DNA of 32,000 bases from Nitrosomonas europaea (lineage in GTDB: Bacteria > Pseudomonadota > Gammaproteobacteria > Burkholderiales > Nitrosomonadaceae). Shown in pieces: positions 17,267 to 27,297 of this stretch; the first letter of the stretch is position 1, and the number at the start of each line of letters is the position of its first letter. The stretch lies in assembly GCF_900167395.1 (NCBI RefSeq), contig NZ_FUWK01000030.1, forward strand, positions 7,141 to 39,140, in the 5' to 3' direction. The position numbers and the translations under genes are program-made. The notes beneath the pieces are model-generated. The model was not told the origin of the DNA, searched no databases, and saw only the letters and a list, made by a program, of their open reading frames with translations.

Positions 17267-18448
17267 CTACCGTTTGTTTCCTTTTTTGGTATTTCCCCAT
17301 TGTTTGTGAAACGTGGCCGTGATCTCGATATGCGGAGTGTGAGGAAACAGATCTATGAGCTGAATATCAGTGAATTTCCACCCGTTTTTGCAGAATATCC
17401 AGGCATCGCGCGCGAAGGTTACGGGATCGCAGGAGATGTAGCAGATGGTTTCAAGTGCAGCGAAGGCATCGAAGAATCCACGCAGGGTTTTCAGCCCGGA
17501 GCGGGGCGGGTCGAGCACCAGGATGCCGGCATCCTGCACATTCTTTTTGAGAATCTTCCAGATGAAGGGGTGGTAGAGGTCGGCCGTTCTGGCATCCACA
17601 CCGGGCAGATTCTTTTGCCGGAGAACGGTGATTGCCTGCGGATCGGCTTCATAAGCCAGTATCTCTGGGCATCCGGTTTGCGCGATTACTTCAGTGAAAT
17701 TGCCTGAACCGCAGAATAATTCGACGATTTTGTGCGAGTGACCGTGCTGTTCGAGTGCGTATTTCAGCCACGATCTCATCCATTGATTCTGTGCATCATT
17801 GCCTTGTCGGAAAGGCTGTTTCCAGTTGAGCAGTACCGGTTCTGCCGGTGATTGATCGTCCAGATCGATGAAATTCCAGTCATCGCCCGGTGCCGGACTC
17901 CATTCGCGGCTGGGCAGGTGCTTGCGCAGGGTTTGCAGATGTTGCCGGCAGGCAGGATTGAGAATCAGACAGTCCTCGATCGGGACGATATGATGCGATC
18001 CCTCGGCCACGAAGCCCAGTTTTTCACCATCTGTTTTGACCTGAAAACGGTTGCGATAGCCGAACAGATCCGGAGAAGGCTGTACCGCTCCGATGTTCAG
18101 ATCAGCGAGATCGAAGCCAACTCTGTGCATGGCGTAGAGAAACCGGTTTTTTTTCTGTTCCAGCTGGCTGTCGTAATCCGCGATCATCCACGGGCAGCCG
18201 GAGCAATCATTGCCGCTGAAACCGAGAAACCGGCATTCAGGTGTTTTACGATGACGGGAAGACTGAATGAGGCGAATCAGACGGGCATAACCGTATTTTC
18301 TGTTGTTCAGGGCGCGATCGGTTATTTCGAATTCCCCCCTATCTCCAGGCCAGGTGCCGGCAACGAAGTAAGAGAGCCCGTTCTCCGGGTGTTGTACGAC
18401 TCCCAGCCCTTTCTGGGATAGATGGGTGATTTCGCCCTGGAATGACAT
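17267..18448 (-). CDS. RNA (uracil-5-)-methyltransferase, RumA/RlmD/TrmA family (TRAM-like N-terminus, Cys cluster, class I SAM methyltransferase fold)
   Basis: SAM motif VELFCGSGNFT. Catalytic-Cys motif YISCDPVTFARD. Cys cluster CRFLGFSGNDCSGCPW. I prefer the ATG at 18448 because the track GTG at 18478 lies inside the terminator hairpin of the upstream gene. Confidence 0.8.
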   Translation of the reverse strand: MSFQGEITHLSQKGLGVVQHPENGLSYFVAGTWPGDRGEFEITDRALNNRKYGYARLIRLIQSSRHRKTPECRFLGFSGNDCSGCPWMIADYDSQLEQKKNRFLYAMHRVGFDLADLNIGAVQPSPDLFGYRNRFQVKTDGEKLGFVAEGSHHIVPIEDCLILNPACRQHLQTLRKHLPSREWSPAPGDDWNFIDLDDQSPAEPVLLNWKQPFRQGNDAQNQWMRSWLKYALEQHGHSHKIVELFCGSGNFTEVIAQTGCPEILAYEADPQAITVLRQKNLPGVDARTADLYHPFIWKILKKNVQDAGILVLDPPRSGLKTLRGFFDAFAALETICYISCDPVTFARDAWIFCKNGWKFTDIQLIDLFPHTPHIEITATFHKQWGNTKKGNKR

Positions 18449-18457
18449 GGTTGGCTG

Positions 18458-18494
18458 AAAAAAACAACCCTCTGCCACTGTTGCGGGCAGAGGG
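18458..18494 (-). terminator. Rho-independent terminator after the dynamin-like GTPase gene
   Basis: The minus strand reads CCCTCTGCC-cgcaacagt-GGCAGAGGG-TTGTTTTTTT. That is a 9-bp GC-rich stem, a 9-nt loop and a U-tract. It starts 19 nt after the stop codon at 18513. Confidence 0.75.
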
Positions 18495-18512
18495 TGTCGG
18501 GTGATCGATCGT

Positions 18513-19988
18513 TCAGGCTTGTTCGGTGGCAGGTTGGTTCTGTTCCTGCTCCAGATGACCGGACGGATCGGTGAACTGGTCGTTCAGCATCTGGATGTAA
18601 TCGTTGGCATCTTCCTTGACTTCAGCCAGGATGCGACGATTTGTACCATTCCAGCCAGCCGGTTTCTTCAGGAACATGGGGCGGTAACCGGCCGTGCTTT
18701 TACTGAAGGCGCGGCTGAATTGCTTGGCTGCATTGTGATCGTGTCCGAATTCCTGCGGGAGTTGTTTCAGGATGCTGCGGGCGACACTTTTACGCACGGC
18801 AAAGTGAATATAGCCGATGACTCCCAGCAGAAGCATGATGGTGATGATCGGCAATATGCCACCGGCAGAAATCCCGTCGATGCATTCCTTGAGCAGATGC
18901 CAGCTGTCCGTAACGGTCAGTGCTATTCCTGTCAATGCTGCCAGCAGGCCGACCAGTATGCCGTCGAGTGTGAGTACCTGGCTTCTCCACTGATCGAGTG
19001 CAGTTTCCAGTTTACCGATGACCTGGTTTTCGATGGTGTTGGCTGTTTGTTCGAGCATGGCAGCAATGCGGTACGAGCGTTCGATTTCGATTTGTTGCAT
19101 GCGTGTGCTGATATCTGCCAGATCTTCCTCGCGTTTTTGTTCGAAACGTTCCCGGATTTGCGGATTTTCGATGGGGGTGGCTGCATCCTTGTCATAAATC
19201 CGGTAGAAACGCCCGGCCAGCAAGCCGGCCTGAGCCAGTGAACGTTGCCAGGCGGAGATGACTTCCTCGGGATTGTCTTCTTTTGCCGTCACATCGATCT
19301 GGTTGAGTATGTACAGAAACTTGTTGGCATCCGGGCGATTGATGGTGGCGGCGACCAGATATTCGAGCGTGTCTTTCATGGCACCGGGTTCCGGGTGGCG
19401 CGCATCGAAGAAGACGAGCACCAGGTCGGACAGATCGATGATGTGCTGAGTGAGGCGCAGGGTGGAAGTACGCTGGCTGTCTGCATCGAATCCCGGGGAA
19501 TCGATCAGGATTTTGCCGCGAATCTGTTCCGACGGGCAGGTTTTGAGCTGAATGTAGGCATCGATGCGCTGTGGTCCGGCTTCTGCAATTTCGTCGATGC
19601 TATGGCTGATCTGATAGAACGGGAAGCGCGGATCGGCATCGAGTGCCACACCGGGGAGTGTTTTGATTTCATCGTGGCGGCTGTAACAGATCACGGTGAA
19701 TTTATCGTCGACCGCCTGATTGCCGGTGCGCTGCAGCGTCATATTCAGATAGGAATTGATGAAAGTCGATTTGCCCGACGAGAAAGTGCCCAGCACTGCA
19801 ATCATCGGCCACCAGGTGACATAGGTGGCGTATGACTCGTTCAACTCCAGTAATCCGAGCGCCTGGGCGACACCATCCAGTTTTCTGAAGCTGTGGACGG
19901 CTTTGGTCAGGACCGGATTATCCGGATGTTCCTCTGCGAGATGTTTTTCCAGATTGGCAAGGTGCTTGAGGATATTGGTCGTGCTCAT
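18513..19988 (-). CDS. Bacterial dynamin-like / dynamin-family GTPase with a C-terminal two-helix membrane anchor
   Basis: P-loop GTFSSGKSTFIN, G3 LIDSPGFD and an NQID-type G4. Long helical region. Two hydrophobic helices (LTLDGILVGLLAALTGIALTV and GGILPIITIMLLLGVIGYIHFAV). I prefer the ATG at 19988 (AAGGA ~9 nt upstream) over the track start at 20045. Confidence 0.7.
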   Translation of the reverse strand: MSTTNILKHLANLEKHLAEEHPDNPVLTKAVHSFRKLDGVAQALGLLELNESYATYVTWWPMIAVLGTFSSGKSTFINSYLNMTLQRTGNQAVDDKFTVICYSRHDEIKTLPGVALDADPRFPFYQISHSIDEIAEAGPQRIDAYIQLKTCPSEQIRGKILIDSPGFDADSQRTSTLRLTQHIIDLSDLVLVFFDARHPEPGAMKDTLEYLVAATINRPDANKFLYILNQIDVTAKEDNPEEVISAWQRSLAQAGLLAGRFYRIYDKDAATPIENPQIRERFEQKREEDLADISTRMQQIEIERSYRIAAMLEQTANTIENQVIGKLETALDQWRSQVLTLDGILVGLLAALTGIALTVTDSWHLLKECIDGISAGGILPIITIMLLLGVIGYIHFAVRKSVARSILKQLPQEFGHDHNAAKQFSRAFSKSTAGYRPMFLKKPAGWNGTNRRILAEVKEDANDYIQMLNDQFTDPSGHLEQEQNQPATEQA

Positions 19989-20214
19989 AGTTGATGATCC
20001 TTGTTTGGTTGATGAATATCTGCCGCAACCCGGGTATTGCAGCATGGTCCACCGTTTGTAAATGGGGGTTGCCCGTCATTTGCGCTATGTTTTCTGGCTG
20101 TGCCTGAGGTTGCACATGGCTGGTGCAGTCCGGTGATGACGGGTTACTGGTGCTGAAAAGCGCTGGTAAAAGCGTTGGTTTGTGGCAAATATCTCCTTTC
20201 TCGTTACTTGGGTC

Positions 20215-20243
20215 ATTTTATTGTGACTGTTGCTGCTTGACAA
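20215..20243 (-). promoter_or_regulatory. Candidate sigma70 promoter for the dynamin-like GTPase gene
   Basis: The minus strand reads TTGTCA-N17-TAAAAT (rc of 20238-20243 and 20215-20220). It sits in the 285-bp spacer between the fructosamine-kinase-like stop and the preferred GTPase start. This is a pattern match only. Confidence 0.3.
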
Positions 20244-20273
20244 TGAACGTGATTACACGGGTAGGTCTGCTCA

Positions 20274-21179
20274 TCAATAAAGTTCGGCCAGTAATTTTTT
20301 CATGGTGATTTCCGCCTGGCTCAGATACTGCGGCCCGAACAGATTGAGATGATTGAGGATGTGGTAAAGGTTATAGAGCTGCTTGCGGGTGGTATAGCCG
20401 GTTTCCACTGGCCAGGTATCGCGATAGGCAGCCTGGAAATCGGGCGGGAAGCCACCAAACAGTTCCGTCATCGCCAGATCTGCTTCCCTGTCGCCGTAAT
20501 AAACAGCCGGGTCGAAAATGACGGGCTGACCATCCTGATCGAAAGCGTAGTTGCCTCCCCACAGATCGCCATGCAGTAGTGACGGGAGTGGCAGGGTATC
20601 GGTAAAGAAATGTTGAAATTCGGACAGAAGACGTTCCCCCAGTGATTGCAGTGAACCGGTGTGGCCATTTTTGCGAGCGAGATTCAACTGATAACCCAGC
20701 CGGTGTTGTCGCCAGAACGAAATCCAGTCGCTGGCGGTGGCGTTTCTCTGGGGGGTCGAGCCGATCGTGTTGTCGCGTATCCAGCCGAATGTTTCCGCGG
20801 TGTGCCGATGCATGTTTGCCAGCCCGATGCCTAGTGCAGCTGCATTTCCCCGGTTCTGAAGATCGATGAATTCCAGTACCAGCCAGGCATCATCGTGATG
20901 ACTTCCGCAGCAAAGTGGTTGAGGGACACGCAGGCTGGCAGAATCGAGTATTTCTCCCAGTCCCGCTGCTTCGGATTCGAACATGGCCAAATTCCCGGCT
21001 TTGTTCAATTTGACGAAGTATTGCCGTTCGTGATCACGGATGCAGAAGGTCTGATTGATACACCCTCCACCGATCGGGGTGAGGCTTTCCGGGGCGAATG
21101 TCTGTCCGGTGTGTCGTGAAATCTGTGCAGCCACGGTTGCCCACAAAGAGGAGGCGATGTGCAGAAATTCCTGTTTCAT
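20274..21179 (-). CDS. Fructosamine/ketosamine-3-kinase family protein
   Basis: The motifs IGGGCINQTF, YFVKLN, LLHGDLWGGNY, VIFDPAVYYGDREADLAMTELFGGF and YNLYHILNHLNLFG are typical of this kinase family. I prefer the ATG at 21179, 19 nt after the argH stop. The track start at 21239 would overlap argH by 41 nt. Confidence 0.8.
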   Translation of the reverse strand: MKQEFLHIASSLWATVAAQISRHTGQTFAPESLTPIGGGCINQTFCIRDHERQYFVKLNKAGNLAMFESEAAGLGEILDSASLRVPQPLCCGSHHDDAWLVLEFIDLQNRGNAAALGIGLANMHRHTAETFGWIRDNTIGSTPQRNATASDWISFWRQHRLGYQLNLARKNGHTGSLQSLGERLLSEFQHFFTDTLPLPSLLHGDLWGGNYAFDQDGQPVIFDPAVYYGDREADLAMTELFGGFPPDFQAAYRDTWPVETGYTTRKQLYNLYHILNHLNLFGPQYLSQAEITMKKLLAELY

Positions 21180-21198
21180 CCCGCGTTCTGTCTCCAGC

Positions 21199-22584
21199 TT
21201 AGCCGGGTAACTGTGACCGGGCACGACAGATGGCTTCACGCACTTGTTCCGGGGCAGTGCCGCCAGGATGATTGCGACTTTGCAGGGAGCCTTCCAGCGT
21301 CAATACCTCGAAGACATCTTGTTCGATGACTTCGGAAAATTGTCGCAAATCTGCAAGCGAGAGTTCACTCAGATCACATGCCTTGCTTTCCGCGAAACGG
21401 ACCGCCTGGGCGACTGCTTCGTGCGCATCGCGAAACGGTATCCCTTTTTTGACCAGATAATCGGCCAGATCGGTGGCCGTTGCGTAACCGCGCAGTGCAG
21501 CCTGGCGCATGGCTTCCGGGTTGACGTGCAGCCCGGCCAGCATGTCGGCGTAAATGGTCAGGGTATCCTTCAGGGTATCGACCGTATCGAACAGAGGCTC
21601 CTTGTCCTCCTGATTATCTTTGTTATAGGCCAGCGGCTGGGATTTCATCAAGGTCAGCAGCGCGACCAGATGGCCGTTGATGCGACCGGTTTTTCCGCGT
21701 ACCAGTTCAGGCACATCAGGATTTTTCTTTTGTGGCATGATCGACGAGCCGGTGCAGAACCGATCTGCCAGCCGGATGAAACCGAAGGCCGGATTCATCC
21801 AGAGTATCAGCTCCTCTGACAGGCGGGAGAGGTGCATCATGATGAGTGCAGCGCAGGCACAGAACTCGATCGCGAAGTCACGGTCGGAAACGGCGTCCAG
21901 CGAGTTGTGGCAGATATCATCAAATCCCAGTTCATACGCAACCATTGCCCGGTCGACGGGATAGCTGGTGCCGGCCAGAGCGGCAGCGCCCAGCGGCAGT
22001 TGATTGACGCGCTTTCGGCAATCCTGCAGGCGCTGCCCGTCACGCTGCAGCATTTCATGGTAGGCAAGCAGATGATGTCCGAACGAAACAGGCTGAGCCA
22101 CCTGTAAATGAGTGAATCCGGGCATGATCGTGGCAGCTTGCTGCTCTGCCAGATCCAGCAGTACATATTGCAGCGTGTGGATGAGGTCGATAATTTCGTC
22201 GATCGCGGTGCGCAGGTAGAGTCGGATGTCGGTGGCCACCTGATCGTTGCGTGAGCGGGCGGTATGTAATTTCTTTCCAGCATCTCCGGTCAGCGCAGTC
22301 AAACGCCGTTCGATGTTCAGATGGACGTCTTCCTGTTCGAGTTGCCATTCGAACTCACCCTTACTGATTTCTTCACGGATTTGTGCCAGCCCCTGTTCAA
22401 TGGCGGCCAGATCAGCGGGCTGGATGATACCAGTGGCAGCCAGCATACGGGCGTGTGCGAGCGAACCCTGGATGTCATATTCGGCCAGTCGGTAGTCGAA
22501 TCCGATCGATGCGGTATAGCGTTGTACGAGTTGCGCAACCGGTTCACTGAAACGTCCCGACCAGGTTTTTTTATCTTTTTCCAC
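21199..22584 (-). CDS. argH: Argininosuccinate lyase
   Basis: 461 aa. WSGRFSEP N-terminus, fumarate-lyase signature [12 protein letters not shown], and [12 protein letters not shown]. Confidence 0.95.
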   Translation of the reverse strand: MEKDKKTWSGRFSEPVAQLVQRYTASIGFDYRLAEYDIQGSLAHARMLAATGIIQPADLAAIEQGLAQIREEISKGEFEWQLEQEDVHLNIERRLTALTGDAGKKLHTARSRNDQVATDIRLYLRTAIDEIIDLIHTLQYVLLDLAEQQAATIMPGFTHLQVAQPVSFGHHLLAYHEMLQRDGQRLQDCRKRVNQLPLGAAALAGTSYPVDRAMVAYELGFDDICHNSLDAVSDRDFAIEFCACAALIMMHLSRLSEELILWMNPAFGFIRLADRFCTGSSIMPQKKNPDVPELVRGKTGRINGHLVALLTLMKSQPLAYNKDNQEDKEPLFDTVDTLKDTLTIYADMLAGLHVNPEAMRQAALRGYATATDLADYLVKKGIPFRDAHEAVAQAVRFAESKACDLSELSLADLRQFSEVIEQDVFEVLTLEGSLQSRNHPGGTAPEQVREAICRARSQLPG

Positions 22585-22768
22585 GGAAATGTCTGTCGTT
22601 TGTTGAAACCCTGTATTTTACCCGCAACCCGGAAAGAATCGACTGGCAGATTTTGCAACACGTATGCATAATAGGGGCTGGTTATTGGCAGCACTGCTTT
22701 CCCTGGAAAAGGGAATGGTGGATAATTAGCGCCTTTCATCGAGTCACTCATTAACGAAGGAGCAATTC

Positions 22769-23431
22769 ATGTCGGATCAATACACGCAGAACGAGAGCGA
22801 CCAGTCCAAAGACAAGGTCGAATGGACCAAGCCCGCTTCATTACTCAATATTCTGGGCAAGAAGTTTGCGCCAATTGCCGACCTGCAGCACAAACAGTTG
22901 CCTTCATGGTCATTACTGGTTTTTCTGGGCATATTGCTGCTGGTGTTCATCTGGAAGCAGATTGCTGTAAACCAGGCTGAGTCACGGCTGGAAAAAGGGC
23001 AGGCTCAGATCGCGCAGCAGCTTGAGGAAAAGAGTAAGGAGTTGGTCAAAAAAGCGCGTGAATATGCCGACAGCCAGTACAAAAAGGAAGAGGAACGCTT
23101 TGGTCAGGTGCTGGCTTGGGCAGTGCGTGGCGAGCTGATCCGTAACAATCTGGACCAGATCGACCAGTATCTGACCGAACTCGTCAAGACGAAAGATACC
23201 GAGCGCGTCGTATTGATCAGTGATGAAGGCAAGTTGCTGGTATCCACCGATAAAAGACTGGAGAGTGAAGAGGCTTCGAGTCTTTATCCTAAAGATGTTC
23301 TTGGTCTGCAGACCATCACTATCAAATCCGACGTGGATAACAGGAAATTGCTGGTTGTGCCGGTCATGGGCCTGAACAAACGTCTGGCTACCATCGTGAT
23401 CAGCTACAACCCGCCATCACTGCTGAACTGA
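22769..23431 (+). CDS. Hypothetical single-pass membrane protein with a coiled-coil segment and a small C-terminal globular domain
   Basis: AAGGAG SD upstream of the ATG at 22769. One TM helix (WSLLVFLGILLLVFIW), a Lys/Glu-rich helix, then ~100 aa of alternating beta-like segments. I recognise no family. A strong terminator follows. Confidence 0.6.
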   Translation: MSDQYTQNESDQSKDKVEWTKPASLLNILGKKFAPIADLQHKQLPSWSLLVFLGILLLVFIWKQIAVNQAESRLEKGQAQIAQQLEEKSKELVKKAREYADSQYKKEEERFGQVLAWAVRGELIRNNLDQIDQYLTELVKTKDTERVVLISDEGKLLVSTDKRLESEEASSLYPKDVLGLQTITIKSDVDNRKLLVVPVMGLNKRLATIVISYNPPSLLN

Positions 23432-23456
23432 TTCGACGACGAACTGCCAGTTTCAG

Positions 23457-23480
23457 ACCCCCGTAATACGGGGGTTTTTT
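23457..23480 (+). terminator. Rho-independent terminator
   Basis: ACCCCCG-taata-CGGGGGT followed by a T-run to 23480 (6 T in total, the first also closing the stem), 26 nt after the stop at 23431. The T-tract overlaps the murA stop codon (23479-23481, minus strand). Confidence 0.8.
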
Positions 23481-24732
23481 AATTTATGCGTTTGATTTGT
23501 GCACCTGCCTGTGCCAGTTTTCGTTCGATTCGTTCGTAACCCCGATCCAGGTGATAGATCCGGTCGACGATGGTTTCTCCCTGCGCAACCAGCCCGGCGA
23601 TGATCAGGCAGGCGGAGGCACGCAAATCAGTTGCCATCACACTGGCGCCATCGAGTTGGGGAATGCCATGCACGATCGCGGTATTGCCTTCGACCTGAAT
23701 ATCCGCATTCAGACGTTTGAGCTCCTGTACATGCATGAAGCGGTTTTCGAAAATCGTTTCCGTCATGACAGAGGTCCCGTCAGCAATACTGTTCAGCGCC
23801 ATGAACTGCGCCTGCATATCGGTGGGAAAGGCCGGATAGGGTGCGGTACGCAGACTGACTGGCTGTGGCCGGTGCTGCATGCGCAGGCGGATCCAGTCTT
23901 CACCCGTATCGATGGCCGCACCAGTCTCGATCAGTTTACCGAGTACGACATCGAGTGTATCTGCGCGTGTCCGGGTCAGGGTGATGTCACCCCCGCAGGC
24001 AGCGACAGCAGTCAGGAATGTGCCGGTCTCGATGCGATCAGGCATGACAGTATGTGAACTGCCATGCAGGTGATCCACTCCTTCGATGACGATGATGTCA
24101 CTGCCTGCCCCTTCGATTTTCGCTCCCATGCCAATGAGGCAATCCGCCAGATCGACTACTTCAGGTTCACGCGCGGCATTTTCCAGGATGGTGGTACCGG
24201 AGGCGAGTGTGGCGGCCATCATCAGATTCTCGGTGCCGGTGACGGTAACGAGATCCATGACGATACGCGTACCCGAAAGGCGTCCGGCCTGGGCACGGAT
24301 GTAGCCTTGTTCGATACTGATGTCCGCTCCCATGGCCTGCAGTCCTTTGATATGCTGATCTACCGGACGCATGCCGATTGCGCAGCCGCCCGGCAGTGAA
24401 ATATATGCCTGCCCGGTTCGTGCCAGCAGTGGACCCAGTACGAGGATGGCGGCACGCATGGTTTTGACCATGTCGTAAGAAGCGGTCGGATTGGTAATGC
24501 TGGCAGCAGACAGTTCTGCTGTACCCGGGTCATTTGTTAAAATGCGCACACCGATCTGTTCGAGCAGTGCCAGCATGGTGGTGATATCCCGCAGATGCGG
24601 GAGGTTCTGGATGGTAAATGTATCGGCAGTCAGCAGCGATGCGCATAGTACCGGCAGGGCTGCGTTTTTGGCACCGGAAATACTGATTTCACCCTGGAGC
24701 TTAGCTCCTCCGTGAATGACGAGTTTCTGCAT
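23479..24732 (-). CDS. murA: UDP-N-acetylglucosamine 1-carboxyvinyltransferase
   Basis: 417 aa. [28 protein letters not shown]-terminus and active-site loop [15 protein letters not shown]. Confidence 0.95.
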   Translation of the reverse strand: MQKLVIHGGAKLQGEISISGAKNAALPVLCASLLTADTFTIQNLPHLRDITTMLALLEQIGVRILTNDPGTAELSAASITNPTASYDMVKTMRAAILVLGPLLARTGQAYISLPGGCAIGMRPVDQHIKGLQAMGADISIEQGYIRAQAGRLSGTRIVMDLVTVTGTENLMMAATLASGTTILENAAREPEVVDLADCLIGMGAKIEGAGSDIIVIEGVDHLHGSSHTVMPDRIETGTFLTAVAACGGDITLTRTRADTLDVVLGKLIETGAAIDTGEDWIRLRMQHRPQPVSLRTAPYPAFPTDMQAQFMALNSIADGTSVMTETIFENRFMHVQELKRLNADIQVEGNTAIVHGIPQLDGASVMATDLRASACLIIAGLVAQGETIVDRIYHLDRGYERIERKLAQAGAQIKRIN

Positions 24733-24819
24733 GAATTTATACTTTATCGAGAATTGAGACGCTGCCTGCCTGTGCGGGCGCCAGACATTTTATTCTATCG
24801 TACTATCCAGGGAGTCAGA

Positions 24820-25209
24820 ATGAGCAAATTTATTATCCAGACCAATGATGCCCCGCAGGCAATCGGCACCTATTCCCAGGCTGTTCGCGTGACGGGCGGG
24901 GAGACCGTTTACCTTTCCGGCCAGATCGGGCTCGATCCGGTCAGCATGGAAATGGTGGCGGGGGTCGATGCGCAGATCGAGCAGGTCATTGCCAATCTCA
25001 AGGCAGTGATCGCTGCCAGTGGCGGCAGTTTGGGCGATGTGGTCAAACTGAACGTTTATCTGACCGATCTAGGCAATTTTTCCCGGGTCAATGAAATCAT
25101 GGGCAAGCATTTCAGCCAGCCGTATCCCGCACGTGCAGCCATTGGTGTGGCAGCATTGCCGCGTGATGCACTGGTGGAGATGGATGCTGTCGTCGTGCTG
25201 GATAAATGA
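24820..25209 (+). CDS. ridA: RidA/YjgF-family reactive enamine/imine deaminase
   Basis: 129 aa from the ATG at 24820 (AGGGAG at 24809-24814). [45 protein letters not shown]. Confidence 0.9.
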   Translation: MSKFIIQTNDAPQAIGTYSQAVRVTGGETVYLSGQIGLDPVSMEMVAGVDAQIEQVIANLKAVIAASGGSLGDVVKLNVYLTDLGNFSRVNEIMGKHFSQPYPARAAIGVAALPRDALVEMDAVVVLDK

Positions 25210-25239
25210 CGCTGGTTTACCATTCACATCATTTTCCCG

Positions 25240-27297
25240 TTGGCTGCTCATTTTTTCGACTCACTGGATGAGGCTTTACGCAAGAAGCTCGAGAAACTTG
25301 GCCTGTTCAGTGATTTCGATCTGGTTTTGCACCTGCCGCTGCGTTATGAGGATGAAACACGGCTGTCGCCCATTAGCCAGGCCGTTCCTGGAAGTACAGT
25401 ACAAGTAGAAGGGGTCGTTGCCGAGCAGGAAGTGCTGGTCCGCCCGCGGCGGCAGCTCGTTTGCCGGGTGGATGACGATAGCGGTACGCTTTATCTGCGT
25501 TTTTTCAATTTTTATGCCAGTCAGGTAACCGCCTGGTCACCGGGTACGCGGCTGCGCGTACTGGGTGAAGTACGGGCCGGATTCCACGGAGTGGAAATGG
25601 TGCACCCGAAATGCCGGGTAGTGCGTGGCAGTATGGTGTTGGCGAATACGCTGACACCGGTTTACCCGGGAATGGCCGGGCTGCCGCAACGTACCCTTGC
25701 CCGGCTGATCATGCAGGCTTTTGAACGATTACGTGCAAAACGGCTTCTGCAGGAAACCCTGCCGGCAACGATATTATCTGCTTGTCAGTTCCCTGCATTC
25801 GAGGACAGTTTGTCCATACTTCATTGTCCACCTGCCGGGGTGTCGATCACATCCTTGCAGCAACGCTCCCATCCGGCCTGGTTTCGGATCAAGTTCGACG
25901 AATTACTGGCGCAGCAACTCTCCATGCGTTGTCATTATCACCAGCGCCGCAGTCAGCAGGCACCTGTTCTGCAGCAGCAGACCGGCTTGCAGCAGGCATT
26001 GCTGGAGGTACTGCCATTCGGTCTGACTGACGCGCAATGCAAAGTGGTGACCGAAATCAGCAAGGATCTTGCGCAGCCTTACCCCATGCAGCGGTTGTTA
26101 CAGGGAGATGTAGGCAGCGGCAAAACGATCGTGGCAGCACTGGCTGCTTTGCAGTCGATCGGAAACGGTTATCAGGTCGCTGTCATGGCGCCGACAGAAA
26201 TTCTGGCCGAGCAGCATTTCCGCAAACTATCCGACTGGTTGACTCCCCTTGGTGTGGGGGTGGGCTGGTTGTCCGGCAGCCAGAAGAAAAGCCTGCGCAA
26301 TCAGGAGCTGGAAAGAACAGCAACGGGTGAGGCTATGCTTGTCATCGGAACACATGCGTTGTTCCGGGAGGCGGTCCAGTTCAAGTGCCTTGGGTTGGTG
26401 ATCATCGATGAACAGCACCGTTTCGGTGTTGGTCAGCGGCTGGCACTGCGTATGAAAGGTGGAGATGAGGAGGTGATACCGCATCAGCTGATGATGAGTG
26501 CCACACCGATTCCACGAACACTTTCCATGAGCTATTTCGCTGATCTGGATGTTTCTGTCATCGATCAGCTGCCGCCTGGCAGATCACCGGTGGTAACCAG
26601 ATTGATCGACAGCAGCCGGCGCGAGGAAATCGTTGCGCGTATCCGTGAAGCTTGTCTGGCTGGTCGCCAGGCTTACTGGGTCTGCCCGCTGATCGAGGAA
26701 TCAGAGGCATTGCAGTTGAAAACGGCGGTGGAAACCTATGAAACGTTGAGCCAGACTTTTCCTGATCTCAGAATTGCTCTCATTCACGGCCGGCTCGACA
26801 GCGATGAAAAATCTGTGATCATGGCGGAATTCAGTCAGGGAGAAGTACAATTGCTGGTTGCCACGACTGTGATCGAAGTAGGGGTGGATGTGCCGAATGC
26901 TTCGCTGATGGTGATCGAGCATGCTGAGCGTATGGGGTTGTCGCAACTGCATCAGCTGCGCGGGCGGATCGGTCGTGGATCGGCCACCGGTGTGTGTGTC
27001 CTGATGTATCAGCAGCCGTTGTCCGAAGTGGCACGTAAACGGTTGCAGATCATTTTCGAACATCGTGATGGATTCGAAATCGCGCGTCAGGATCTGTTGC
27101 TGCGCGGGCCTGGGGAGTTCCTCGGCACCCGTCAGAGTGGTGTGCCTCTGCTGCGATTTGCCAATTTGGAAGAGGATATCGATCTGCTTGAAATGGCACG
27201 TAATGCTGCAGAGAACATGCTGCGCGATCATCCGCTGGCGGCGCAGTGCCACATGCAGCGCTGGCTGGGAAGGAAAGAAGATTATCTGCGGGCGTAG
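25240..27297 (+). CDS. recG: ATP-dependent DNA helicase RecG
   Basis: 685 aa. Wedge/OB N-terminal region (LHLPLRYEDETR). Helicase motifs LLQGDVGSGKT, DEQHRFGV, SATPIPRT and QLHQLRGRIGRG. The only available start is TTG at 25240, so the start is less certain than the gene call. Confidence 0.93.
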   Translation: MAAHFFDSLDEALRKKLEKLGLFSDFDLVLHLPLRYEDETRLSPISQAVPGSTVQVEGVVAEQEVLVRPRRQLVCRVDDDSGTLYLRFFNFYASQVTAWSPGTRLRVLGEVRAGFHGVEMVHPKCRVVRGSMVLANTLTPVYPGMAGLPQRTLARLIMQAFERLRAKRLLQETLPATILSACQFPAFEDSLSILHCPPAGVSITSLQQRSHPAWFRIKFDELLAQQLSMRCHYHQRRSQQAPVLQQQTGLQQALLEVLPFGLTDAQCKVVTEISKDLAQPYPMQRLLQGDVGSGKTIVAALAALQSIGNGYQVAVMAPTEILAEQHFRKLSDWLTPLGVGVGWLSGSQKKSLRNQELERTATGEAMLVIGTHALFREAVQFKCLGLVIIDEQHRFGVGQRLALRMKGGDEEVIPHQLMMSATPIPRTLSMSYFADLDVSVIDQLPPGRSPVVTRLIDSSRREEIVARIREACLAGRQAYWVCPLIEESEALQLKTAVETYETLSQTFPDLRIALIHGRLDSDEKSVIMAEFSQGEVQLLVATTVIEVGVDVPNASLMVIEHAERMGLSQLHQLRGRIGRGSATGVCVLMYQQPLSEVARKRLQIIFEHRDGFEIARQDLLLRGPGEFLGTRQSGVPLLRFANLEEDIDLLEMARNAAENMLRDHPLAAQCHMQRWLGRKEDYLRA

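Noticed and set aside
18501-19241. 246-aa plus-strand ORF
   Set aside because: It is entirely antisense to the dynamin-like GTPase gene and spans that gene's terminator. No family resemblance. The same reasoning applies to other long antisense ORFs in the track: 16185-16823, 6390-6929, 21244-21819, 23497-24057, 26701-27252, 29209-29658 and 30215-30751.
22663-22670. 8-bp palindrome TATGCATA in the argH / membrane-protein divergent promoter region, considered as an ArgR (ARG box) site
   Set aside because: It does not match the TGAAT-N4-ATTCA core of ARG boxes. It is also too short to distinguish from chance.
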